DNA of 64,000 bases from Camelus ferus (taxonomy: Eukaryota): NCBI RefSeq assembly GCF_009834535.1, contig NC_045697.1:76944001-77008000 (forward strand). Reading direction: 5' to 3'. The translations under genes and the position numbers were made by a program. Positions 52,580-64,000 of this stretch are shown here, one piece after another (position 1 is the first letter of the stretch; the number at the start of each line of letters is the position of its first letter). A model generated the notes under the pieces. The model was not told where the DNA came from. It was given only the letters and a program-made list of their open reading frames with translations, and did no database searches.

Positions 52580-52812
52580 TATTCCATTTATTGAACACCT
52601 TCCTATGTGCCAGCATTACGCTAGAAGCCTACCATGTGTTGTTTCTAATTCTTAATGGAGATTAATATATCTCTTTTAAGGATGAGAAAACTGAGGCTGG
52701 ATAGATACCAGTCATTTGCCCCAGGTCAAGCAGTTGATGAGTAGATAAATCAGCATTAGGGCCAGCTCTATCTGGTTCCAAAGCCTGAGTTCTGCCCACT
52801 GGCTACACCACT
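52580..52812 (-). mobile_element. MIR SINE, near full length
   Basis: 'catttattgaacaccttcctatgtgccagca..gatgagaaaactgaggct..tttgccccaggtcaagcag..tctggttccaaagcct'. Confidence 0.85.
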
Positions 52813-54859
52813 GCTGCCTCAGTGGAAAATAACCAACATCCTTTTTTGCATTAATTTAGAATACAGTGCTAGTTTTCTTTTTTATTATTATTTTTACTCA
52901 AAAACACTTACATGCAACATTCCTAATAACAGAAAAGCAAGGGCGAAATGTAAATTTAGTGAATGCAAATAAAATAATGTTAGCTGTTAAAGGAAACTGG
53001 GAGAGAAAATGTCAGATTTTATAGTGTACTACATGCTATTTTATCTAGCTGAAAATGGTATTATTTCCTCTGGCCTTCTTTTCTCTGTGGCTTTAAATAA
53101 GCGGCTATTAAAAAGAATAGTCTTTCCCTCGCTAAAATAAATTAGGTGAATATAGCTCTTTCACTTGTGTGATGAAACATTCCCAGGAGACCAACTATGT
53201 CAACTTCTACCTTGTCTTCACAGTAATGTGAAAATCCTGTCTACCATCTTGGATTTGGTCTTGTGAGGCCTAAATTTTCAAAGCCTCTGTAATTCATTAT
53301 ATTAAATATTATTGAGTACCAGTTGCATGCCATGAACTATGCAGAAGAGAAATTTGACCAGCACCTTTCCAGGGAGTTCATTATATAAAAAACTTCAACC
53401 CTGGTCACCATAGTTATTTTTCATACTGATGAGTTACTTTTTACTTCAAATTTTAAGATGGAGCTGAGAACCTGCAGAGAAAGTATACAACTTTTACAGT
53501 ATTCATGCTAAACTTTTTCAAAGAATTGGCAGGGGAAAAAAAATCCGAAATCCTCTCAAAATTCTATCAATGTTTTCATTTTAAACACTTTTTTTCTGGA
53601 AATTCTCACTTAACTTAGCATGCAGTGCATTTTTGTAAATTTTTTAAAAGTTGAGTTAAGAATCCAGAAGTCTCTTTCCAGCTGCATCACAATAAAATAG
53701 AGGGGGCTGAAGTTTTTCATTAATGTGTGCAACAGTGCACAAATGAACCACCACTTTCTATGTGCCATTACTAAAATACATCAAATTGTTACTGCCCTTA
53801 CATGGCCAAATTTTAAAGCAAGAATATACCTTGGAAGTCATTTAATCCAACTCCATTATTCAAAGGATATAGAAAAAAAAGTTAATTATGAGAGCATTAT
53901 CTAGGATTAGCCATATAATCATTTTTGTAATATGAGTTCATTGATATTTGTATTTGTTTCCCAACTCTTCCTAAAGCTCTTTGAAAGCAGGGGGTTTTCC
54001 ATCAAACATACATTGAGCATGTGCTATGAGGGAGGCACCGTGCAGGCCCGACAGGCCCAACAACAAATACTTGAGATGGGACGAGGTATTACTATGAGAG
54101 TGCTATAGCGAGTCCTCAATAGAGCTTCTACCTTGTCTGGAAGATCTGGGAGGAGGCATATCATCTAAACAGACATTTGAGCAGGTCTTGAAGGGTGAGC
54201 AGGCATATACCAGGCAGAGGAGAATGGAGAACATTCCACTGGATTACTTCCTTTGTAACCAGCTCCCCAACCCATCAGCCCACTAAAAGAACCCATGCTT
54301 ACCAGAGTCTCAATTTACACAAGAACAAAGATTATTGCAGTTGTCCAAATTACTAAATAGAAGTCTTCCAACAAAAGGTAACAAGATTTTTTTTAACTAA
54401 AAGTGAACTGACTATGTAAGAAATAAATCTCCAGGTTTTTATTAAACTAAATGCTAATCACTGAAATTTTAAATTTACCTCAAATTAGCCAAGTGCCACA
54501 CAGAATCTTATATAGTCATGTGGAAGAACTAAATTGGCACTGAACTACATCAGCAAATTGGGCCACTGAATGATTATTAATATACAGAAAATTAATGTAA
54601 CCTTTCCATTTCTTGCTTGCCAGAAGATAATAAAAGGCCAAGGTTTCAAAATAATGTGTTTTCATATGATTATTACTTCTGAATAGACATAATTAGTTGG
54701 TTGAAAGCAATTATGTTTGAGCCAAAGGTTTCCAATATTATCAAAAGTAGTAAAGGCCATCCTTCTCAGTGCGTCAGCAATCCTACTTAAAGGAAATAAT
54801 TACTCTTTGCGTCAGCAGGAGACCCATCCTAGTAATTAGAAAAAGAAAAGGCTAACACC

Positions 54860-54985
54860 TCCACCTTGGGCAGGTGGCATTACCTCTGGGTCTCAGTTTT
54901 CTTCTATGCAAATTGTGACAGTAATGCCTGTCATATCTGCTGTCCAGGGTGTTATAGAGATCAAATGACTGTAAAAATAAAGAAT
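54860..54985 (+). mobile_element. MIR SINE core
   Basis: 'accttgggcaggtggcattacctctgggtctcagttttcttctatgcaaa..agggtgttatagagatcaaatga'. Confidence 0.75.
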
Positions 54986-56844
54986 TGTTAAAGGACATTT
55001 CTTCTTCACATGGCAAAAAGTAGGACTGCCTGACACACAAACCTGACTCCTCTTTCCTCTGAATAGCATATACAGTCAGTACCACACACCTTAAAAAAAT
55101 CAATCATGTATTATGTTTCTTTGTATATACATTACAGGGTTCCAAATTTTTCAAAGCATCTTTTATTTTCCTGTCAATCAAATGTTCTATTTATTTTTTT
55201 GTTAAAAAAAAAATCTTGTAAATCAAAATTTAATTAAAAATCTGCTGAGAGATGAAATTTAAATAATTTAACAGGATTCTAATAAATTAAACAGCTATTC
55301 TATTTAGCTTTAGACTGATTTACAGAGGGAGAAATCATTTCCATAGATTAGTCGACAACTATGGAAAGCAGATTATTATCTTCCATTTAGTGAACACATA
55401 AAGATTCTTTCATCTAACATTATATATTAATATTGTTGAATATGTGGGAAATATGCCAAATCCTAAGGGAGAGAGGAATCACCTAAAGATGCTAAAAATT
55501 ATCTCACCAATTTATTTCTGTTAAAATAGTTTAAGAATTCAGAGAAATATATAACACTATCTTTTTTTATAGTTAAATTAAGTACTTAAGACTTGAAAAT
55601 ATAAATAGAAAAATCATATTCTATATATAACTGAAAAATAACTACTAAATTCAGCAAGTAAAACTGGTACAATAGATATTTAAGTAGGTTGGTACAGTAC
55701 ATATGGTTATAATACTTACAAATTGTCTGGAACCATTATACTGTGTATCTTATATAATACACAGATGATTAACTTTATGAAACTTTTCAGCATGTGTTAG
55801 CACAGTAAAAACCATTGATTATATTTTACCACAAATAATTGAGACCCAGAGTTATTGATTATTGAACTTTCTTTTGATTGTGTTTAAAATACAAAATTAG
55901 GTTTTACACAGAAGGGACATGTATCTACAATGGCCCTCTTCATGGAGCCAATGTTTTACTAAATACCTTTTTGTCACTCTACAAAAGGGCAGGCTTAGCA
56001 TCCCAACAAAACAGCTGAAAAGACAGTAGCAACGAGTAAATGTCCCCCTGCTGGGTCTATAAAAAGTGTATGTTCCCATCGTGAAGAAGGCGGGCATGTG
56101 GCGTGGTTGGGAAGCAACGACTGGCGCTATTGTGCATTGTGTACAATCTCAAGTGGAGAAAATCATCTGTCCTTTTGCCCTGAAAAAGGACCCCTGTGAG
56201 CCTCTTCTCATGGACCATTATGGTTTCCTTCAACCCTAACACTACACGGGCTTTGAACGGATGGCTGCCTGTCACAAAAGTTCATCACAAGCCACTTTTC
56301 CCCAGAGGTTTCATAGGGTTTAGTCTGAGGTGACCAACCATGGCTTAACAAAAAGATTAGTGTGTCTGGGCACAAAGCAAGACAGAGATATGAGTGACCC
56401 TCTTTGTAACATCTTGCCACAGAGAATAGAGAACAGTGAATGTAGTCAACTGTAGAATATGCAGACGTGTCTGAGGGAGAAGAAAAGAGGATTGGAGAGG
56501 GCATCTGTCTTCACTTGGAAACAAGTGCTCTTTAATGCCAAAAGGCATTTTCCCAGAGTCTTAGTAATTGTTTTCTTCACTCTTTATATAAGAAATATTA
56601 ATAGAAATGACAATTTCTCTTCAACTCCAGGCAAAATTAAGAATATAGCACAATGTTAGGTTTCTCTCTGTAAAGTTTTTTTTAGAAGGCAATCACTTGA
56701 TAGAGCTGTAGAACTGTAACAGGCCCTGGGGGTGATCTACTCACCACCCTGATGCCAGAGCAGTAAAAGCCTTCCTAGAAAATCTTTGCTGGGAAGTCAT
56801 GTGAGTGTTTTTCCTTCCTCTCAACTTCCCTCCACTGGGCAAAC

Positions 56845-57075
56845 ACCCACACAATGTTCAGTGTTAAGCTCAAAGACAATCTCTTCTACAGTCTTCCCTG
56901 GCTCACGCTTCTCCATCTGTACTGCTCTCATAGAACAGATAACATTTCATTGTGCTTATTACACATGTGTCTCCTTTTACTAGACTGTGAGCTCTCATGG
57001 ATAAAGATTATGTCATATTATTTTGTACACCTAAGACAGAGTTTGACACATAGTATGCATTTAATAACTATTCGT
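56845..57075 (+). mobile_element. L2 3' fragment
   Basis: 'aagctcaaagacaatctcttct..gtctccttttactagactgtgagctctc..gagtttgacacatagtatgcatttaataa'. Confidence 0.72.
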
Positions 57076-57239
57076 ACTGTAATTCTTGAACTCTCCCAAT
57101 GAAGGACAGCCCACCACATCAAAAGGAAGCCATTTTTAAATAATCTTGTTGGAGGAGGAGGGACACCAAGATTCATTCCCTGTTACCTTCTGCCCAGATT
57201 CAAGTTCTGCCCTGCAGGTCTAAGCAGACATGGTCCACC

Positions 57240-57510
57240 ACACATCCGATGACAACTGCTCCGCTTTCCTCAACATCTCTACCACCATCTTTAGCCCTTG
57301 TCTTTTTCAAGCTAAATGTTCCCATTTTCTTCAGCTGTTATTACAGATAAATTTTAGATGTTTTTCATCCTCATTGCTTTTCTCTAGAACTGCTCTAATT
57401 TGTCAGTATTTCCTTTAGAGCTAAACAAAATGCTGTGTGTGTGGTTCAAACTGTGCATCACACAGTAGAACTACCACCTACTTGCTCCAGGCATAGTGCT
57501 GTCACTAATG
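57240..57510 (-). mobile_element. CR1/L3 LINE fragment
   Basis: Reverse complement reads 'ctgaagaaaatgggaacatttagcttgaaaaagacaagg' = LKKMGTFSLKKTR, compare CR1 LKELGLFSLEKRR. Confidence 0.62.
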
Positions 57511-59529
57511 CAGCATTTTAGGTCCCCCTTCGCCTTCTCCTTGGTATCCTTCCACCCATGCTTCTGAAAGGGATGATTGAAAACTTCAGTGGGATTAGGA
57601 CCTCTGTTCTCTCAGTGACAATATATTTAACCAAACCGACAGAAAACCCCTGTGTAAAGTCCATCATCATCCACACGTTCGTACTAATTTAGAACTTTCC
57701 TTAAAGCCCAAGGTGCTTCAAGTAATTAGCCTGATTGAAAGACGAGAGGCAGGAGTAGGGCAAGAGAGGGAGGAGGGGAAATCTTAGTGATTTCTTCAGT
57801 TTTGAAACAGAATTTTTTAAAAATTTCTCCTCTCAAAGTATCTAGCAACTAACTTGGATTTTTCCTGCATGTAAACATCAGAGCAATGTCCCAAGAAAAT
57901 CTGCTTTCCTAAACTTAAACAACAAATGAGTCTTTATTGAAAATATTAACACATAGATAGATCACAGAGAAATTCCACTCAATAGTAAATACCTTGGAAC
58001 CATCTTTCACAGAACTTAGATTATATAGCATTTCCATGTATCTGATTCTGCTTGTACAACCCAATATTTGAGTTTTCTGGCCAAATTAATACACCTTATT
58101 ATTATGATGTCACACCATGACTTGCATGTAAATATTTTCTCAAATGTAATAATGTGCCATTATTTTAATGAACTTGAATTGAATCAGCACATCAGTTCAG
58201 GCCACCTCTCTGCAGCACAGTAATAGAACTTGATCTATGTAATTTCAAACCCTGTACAATCTGCTAGTCAGACAGCATGCAACTATGGGGCTTATAAATG
58301 TACAATGATTATACCATCTATCTAGCATTCATATTTCATATATGTTGAAATGGTATATTGAAATAAGAAACATTTGGCAGTTTCATCAAAGAAAAAGGCT
58401 GGTTGGCTTAAACTATTAATTTTTATTGAATTTAGTCCTGTAATTCCTTGGGTTTTTTTTTTTATGTTTTTCTTATGAAAGGTATATTTGTACAGCTGAA
58501 TGGCCATTTACTGGTTCCTGCAGTATTCCGAAGAATTAAATATACTACCAAATACATGAGAAATGCATTTCTTATAAAATTTACAATATGCTACACTGAG
58601 TACTTAGGTCTGGCTAACTGTGAAAAATTGCTTTCTGTTAATGATGTAGTTAAAATAAAAATATTTTCCCCATGGAACACCTTTCAGTTTCAATTCTGTC
58701 CACGAAGAATTGGTGACCTGGACAAAAGGTTCACCTCCCTTGAAGAACTCTCTTGACAAATGGTTTTTCTTAAGAAAGTAAACTAATCCTCCAATTTGTT
58801 ACAACTGGATTAATATTTGAGTTCAAATTCTGCTTTAATTATATCTGTAAGACTTTTGTAGTCAAGGACCAAGAAATGCAGTTGATTTAGTGTTTAGCCA
58901 TAGGGAATGTAACTTTATGATTTTTTTAAAAATACACCTCTCTCATAATTAGAAGCACACTATGATTTCTTGAAAAGTAAAAAAGTATATAAGAACAAAC
59001 AACCTAATATAAAAGATACTTCATAAAACAAGTTTTCTACAGACCAGACGAGTTCTGAAAATTCTACAATTAAGGGTACAAACATGAGTAGTCAGCTCTA
59101 ATAAAGAAATCTCAATCTAATGATTCTAAGGATACTGAAGGATGGGCAGGTTGTAGCAGCTCACAAAGGGTCTACATCATCATTTGAGGAAGCTAGGGTT
59201 CCTAGCATTCATCCACAAATTGATCTGCACCCCTAGTTTCAGAGCAAACATATTCTCAGAAGCCGTCAGAGCAGAGCCAATGCAAGAACACTTCACTATT
59301 TGGTGATAATCCTTTTAATAGCTTGAATAATCACACTGAGATTCAAGTATTTGCCTTGGTCTTAAACTGGTGCCTTCCATACAAGTGAATGCTAACTCCC
59401 TCGGTCTCCTTTAGGACCAAAGAAAACATAAAAATATTAAGCACTTCAACAGGACTGAACAAGGAAGATGAAAATATGGAGCAAAATTTTCACTATTCCC
59501 TTCTCTTCACCAAAGTGCTTTACTATATG

Positions 59530-61270
59530 TTTAAAAGAGGTTTTAAGATGAGAAACAACCCAAATGTTCATCCATTAACAGTATTTTTTTAATTACACAT
59601 CTATTCAGTGGAATTCTATTCAGCTGTTAAAGCAACAAAGGATGACAGTATCACCTATAAAATATTCTTGCCATAAATGCTTAACCTGAATCATATCAAT
59701 TTTATAGTAAACACTCCCTTTTGGATCTCCAAGCAGCACTGTGACAGTTGGCAAGAACAGGAGCCTTATGGGAGGTAGCAAAGAGGGAGCCAAAAAGAAA
59801 ATGGTTGGTCTGCTTTCTAAGAAAGATTGCTAGGATGTGAAAGCACTAGCTATGAGAACTATTGGAAAAACACTAGTCACAAGAACTCAAGGAACCAAAA
59901 TTGACCTGATGGCCTCAAGGGTCATGTTTTTGAAATGAGCCTTGCTGATATGCAGAATTATAAAGTTGCATTTAGAAAATTCAAGATAATTACTGAGGAT
60001 GTTCAGGGGAGAAAAATTGCATGACTAACTTCTGTGGTATGGATCTTACTTATGAAAAATTGTACTCTATGGTCAGAAAAATGGCAGACCATGATTGAAG
60101 TTTATGTTGATGTCAAGGCTACTGATAATTATTTACTTCATATATTCTGTGTTGTCTTTACTAAAAGTCTCAAAATCAGAGTCAGAAGATCTCTTATGTT
60201 AAGCACCAGTAAAGTCTGCCAAATCTGGAAGAAGATGATGGAAATCATGACCCAAGAGGTGCAGACAAATGACTTAATAAGTCGCCAAGAAATTGACTCT
60301 GAAGAGCACTGGAAAAGGCAAAGAAAAGCCTTCCCAATTTATTTCTCAACTCGTAATGCCTTCTTTAGAGAAGTTAAAGTGCTGAAGAATGATAAGTTTG
60401 AATTGGAAAAACTCATGGAGCTTCATCGTGAAGGTAGTAGTTCTGGAAATGCTCCTGGGAATGAGGCAGGTGCTAAAGTTGAGTGAGCTGATGGATACAA
60501 GCCACAAGTGCAAGAATCTGCTTAAAATTCAGACTTAATGGTGACAAATAAAAAGTCTTATTTCTGGGGAAAAAAGTTTACAGGAAACACAAGAAATAGA
60601 GTGAAACAAGTGAAATAACACTATGAAAAAGAAACATAAATTTGGAATGTGGGATATTCTATAGGACAACTGGCCTGGTCTCTTCAAAAAGTTTTTTTTT
60701 TTTTTTTAAGTCAGGGAAGAAAATATTCTACCCTAAAAGGAACTAAAGAGGCATAGCAACCAAATGCAATGCATAAATCTTAAATTGATTTTAGTTTGGG
60801 GGAGAAAAACTTAGCTATAAAAGACATTCTCAATGTGGAACAATGGTCATCATGAAGAAAAAAATAGAATTGATCCTAACATACAACAGTAAGGAAATAT
60901 TTAAAATAATTATAGTACTTTCACTATATAAACTATTTGTTAATAACAATAATAATCACAACTACTCTCAAAATATAGACTAATATAGTTTAGAATAAAT
61001 GATATTTTTATAATATAACAGATTGACATGAAAAAACTCAAGATATTTTGACCCCTCCCAAAAAATTGGGGAAATTTAAATATAATATATGGATATTTAA
61101 TGACATTAGAAAAGTATTAATTTTCTTAGGTATGATAACAGTGTTGTGGTTAGCTTTTTATTCTTAGAACATTTATGCTGAAATATTTAGTGGTGAAGTG
61201 TCATGATGTCTACAACTCACATTCAAATGGTTCAACAAAACATGCATGTGTATGTAGAGATGTAAATGTG
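59530..61270 (+). mobile_element. Old L1ME-type 3' region, split by the RPS3A retrocopy
   Basis: 'aaacaacccaaatgttcatccatta..cagtggaattctattcagctgttaaa', then after the pseudogene 'gaatgtgggatattctataggacaactggcctggtctcttcaaaaag..gctgaaatatttagtggtgaagtgtcatgatgtct..tcaaatggttca'. Confidence 0.75.
59715..60575 (+). pseudogene. RPS3A: Full-length processed pseudogene of 40S ribosomal protein S3a (eS1)
   Basis: Intronless match to RPS3A: (M)TVGKN..GAKKK..FSKKD.. TLVTRTQGTKI.. DGLKG.VFE.SLAD.. [14 protein letters not shown].. KWQTMIE..VDVK.TD.. KKMMEIMTQEVQTNDL.. KFELEKLMELH.EGSSSG.. GAKVE..DGY.P.VQES. Start ATG>GTG at 59741, Y31>TAG at 59831, frameshifts, TGA at 60484, native stop 60523-60525. 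AATAAA at 60547, A-tract remnant, 5'TOP-like 'tcccttttgg', degenerate 17-bp TSD (59698-59714 / 60574-60590). Confidence 0.97.
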
Positions 61271-61514
61271 TAGACAGGTAAAGAAAGCACATATAGGAAA
61301 AAATCAGACTTGGAATATTAAACAGGAAAAGAAATTAATTCATTGAAACAGTACCAGAAAACATTTTATGATATTTATCTGTTGGAGCTCCACCTTCATC
61401 CAAAATGGTGTACAGAAGTGCTTTTCTAAATAAACATAATTAACTATGAATTATAACATACTAGTCACCATTCACCAGTTTTCAAAAAATAAAACTATAT
61501 TTTAAACTAAAACT

Positions 61515-61655
61515 GTTAATTAACTTGATTGTGGTAATCATTTCACAATGCATTCATATATTAAAACGTCACATTGTACATCTTAAAAAAAAATCACCGT
61601 GCAAGCTAAATGTGTATTTTTTTCCTCAGTCATAGCTCAGTAAAGCTGAAAAACC
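61515..61655 (+). mobile_element. Short L1 3' terminal fragment (L1MA/MB-like)
   Basis: 'gttaattaacttgattgtggtaatcatttcacaatg..catatattaaaacgtcacattgtacatcttaaa..tcagtaaagctgaaaa'. Confidence 0.75.
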
Positions 61656-61960
61656 TAAAGCTTTCCAAGACATTGCTTAATTTTTCTTTTGTTATTAAGT
61701 ATGAAATCAAGCAACTATAGAGTATAAGGTTGTTATGAATTGAGTTTATGTTATGACCTGAAAATTGCTATCTTGAACAAATCCCCGACATCAGCTTGCT
61801 ATGTTTTTAAAATTCCTCTCTTTTCCAAAAACAGTAAAGAAAACCTAGATTGCAAATAAATAAGGTATTTTTAGAAGTGGGAGGGATGGGAAGAGCAGTT
61901 ATTTTGGCATTTTAGGTGCCTTTTTACTCAAGCAGTAGAAATTCTAACTTTTCAAGGAAG

Positions 61961-62516
61961 TGTTAGATACTTAGATAAACGGGGACACAGGCAGATAAGG
62001 TGGAGGAGAGGGAGGATGGTCTGGAAGATGGCGTCATGCCCGCCTCCAGCATAAGGGGACTTTACTTCTTCTAAATGAGTGTCAGCTAAAAAACAAACAA
62101 ACAAACAAAGAAAACCGGTTAAAACCCGACAGCCACGACTCCTCGGTAGGGAGAAGGACTTGACCGGACAGGACCCAGTGCTCACTGTAGTATAATTAAC
62201 ATTGTTAAACCCCCTCCATGGGTTTTTCTGTATACTCCATGAGTAAGGACATGCACAAAGGGGCCAAACATGACTAAGCATTCCAGGGGCAAGGGCCATC
62301 AGTCAATCAAAAGACCACCTCTAAGCAAGGATATAAGAGAAAGGGAAGACAAAGACCACCGCGATTCCCCCTTGGATCAGCCCGCCTCCCGTCCTCGGAG
62401 GTGTACTTAGAAATCCTTTAAAGTCTTTTGCTACACAGCGTACTTCGTCTCCCTTCTGTAATCTTATCTTTCAGGTAAAATAAGGACTGGGGTCTTTTCT
62501 TTCCTATTGGGTAACA
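61961..62516 (+). mobile_element. Young ERV1-class solo LTR (556 bp)
   Basis: Inverted termini TGTTA..TAACA; perfect 4-bp TSD 'gaag' (61957-61960, 62517-62520); CAAT near 62304 and TATAAG at 62332; many retained CpGs. Confidence 0.88.
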
Positions 62517-63888
62517 GAAGGACTAACACTCCATATCTCAAGCTGCCTTTAGAATGTTTAAGTGGCCAGATGGTCTGTTCTGGAAGGCACGTGGATGTGA
62601 GTTGGTTGTGACCTAAAGGGACAACTTAATGGTGGTTAACAACTAATAATCTACACAAAGCATATTTTTACACACAGAAAGCGCAATAGCATTCAAGAAC
62701 AGGAAAAGCCACTTCCAAGTTCTTAATGGTTATGTAATGATTATTAATCTGTTTTTTCCCCAAAATACTGGTTTAAAAGATTATGTCCTGCTAGTTAATA
62801 AGGAGCAACACTATAGTAAAGAGAGCTACAGAGGGTGTTTTCTTTTTAAGATTATAGCTGTATTTTGCAGCAATATAAGCCCATTTGCTAGTCCCCCTAC
62901 TAAACTTAATTTTTTGAAAACATTTCCCCTCCTTGAAAACCCCTAGAACAGAGACTGTTCTTTCGAAGCTAGTCAAATGCATTATCGTTAATATAATCAT
63001 GAATTCTCCTCGCTGAGTTTACAGAACATGTCAATATGCCATCTTACAGACAGCAGAAAACCAACCTAATGGGGAAACTGAGAAGTCACACAGTTAAATT
63101 ATGTTTTTGCTTCAAGAATGTTTTTTGAAACTAGTTCATGGCTCCTTGAAATCGTGTTTTCATATGAAGACTAAAATTCATACTAAGCAATTCTTCAGCT
63201 ACTCCAAAAATACAGTAGAATGTTGATAGATTTCTGGCTGCATTTTAAATCTATCTCTCCAGTGAATAAGAGTAGCAAAAACCAAAGTTTCTGTAAAGTC
63301 TTCAGGGCAAAACTTCAAGAACAGCCAAGTGCTTCAGAAATCATTATTATAATCAGAATACTCTTTTGTACTTAGAAGACTACAATACTTTTTTTCCCTC
63401 TACAGCACAAAAACTGAACCAGAGTTAAAGAGTGAGAAAATGAACAGACTTTGGAAGGAACCGTGAGAAGATTTCACTTAACTATAGATTCAAGAACAGT
63501 TTAAAATATTTTAAAATATCAATTGTTAATTCCTTATACTATGGTTGTATCACGCCCCTTTCAAGAGTTCCCTACCTTGCCAGTGAAGGTGAGAGGTCAG
63601 TACTTTCATTCACTTTCTTATGTGCAATTTGTATGCATTATGGGATGTAGAAATGTTTGTAATATTTGATTCATCAATTCCATTTATAGGTAACTAAGCA
63701 ATACACACAAAGACATACACATAGATTATTCACTGTGAAGTTACTTATAAAAGCATTAAAAGTAGGCATAAAAAGGCATTAAAAAGAGAGAAATAGTTAA
63801 ATTATGAAAAATCCATATGAATATCATGCAAAAATTTAACATGGTTTTATAATGAGTGTGTACTACCTTTATAAGAAACTATTTTGCA

Positions 63889-64000
63889 GGGGAGGGTATA
63901 GGTCAGTGGTAAAGTGCATGCTTAGCATGCACAAAGTCCTAGGTTCAATCCCTAGTACCACTATTAAAAAACAAAGCTAAAAAAATAAATCTAATTACCC
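63889..64000 (+). mobile_element. tRNA-Ala-derived SINE (Vic-1-like), cut by window end
   Basis: 'ggggagggtataggtcagtggtaaagtgcatgcttagcatgcacaaagtcctaggttcaatccctagtacc' plus the same A-rich/'ctaattaccc' tail as the 6047 copy. Confidence 0.9.

Noticed and set aside
60034..60486. 150-aa ORF as a protein-coding gene
   Set aside because: Non-ATG start, mosaic of in-frame and out-of-frame RPS3A segments, ends at a premature TGA
1..64000. CRISPR array, operon, defence system, rRNA, known miRNA or snoRNA
   Set aside because: The sequence is mammalian and repeat-rich. I saw no regularly spaced repeat-spacer structure, gene-dense ORFs or mature miRNA sequences I recognise. An Rfam/miRBase search would be needed to exclude small RNAs fully

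Overview
This window is AT-rich, CpG-depleted mammalian non-coding DNA, not microbial. Three tRNA-Ala(AGC)-derived SINEs resembling the camelid Vic-1 type suggest a camelid genome (inference). I found no confidently recognisable protein-coding exon, and most ORF-track entries are chance ORFs or decayed repeats. The one identifiable gene-derived sequence is a full-length, disabled RPS3A processed pseudogene (59715-60575) nested in an old L1ME-type element. The rest is a layered transposon record: MIR, L2, CR1/L3, L1 fragments, MaLR/ERVL LTRs, two ERV1-type solo LTRs with 4-bp target-site duplications (TSDs), hAT and Tigger DNA-transposon remnants, and microsatellites. Most L1, LTR and retrocopy inserts lie on the + strand, consistent with an intron of a long minus-strand gene. 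The most notable unexplained signals are a possible 63-nt frame-preserving minus-strand exon with a hairpin (~5.2 kb), a locally templated insertion inside an L1, and three candidate enhancer motif clusters. I see no evidence of a novel multi-gene system. Repeat subfamily names come from recalled consensus similarity, and boundaries of old elements are approximate.
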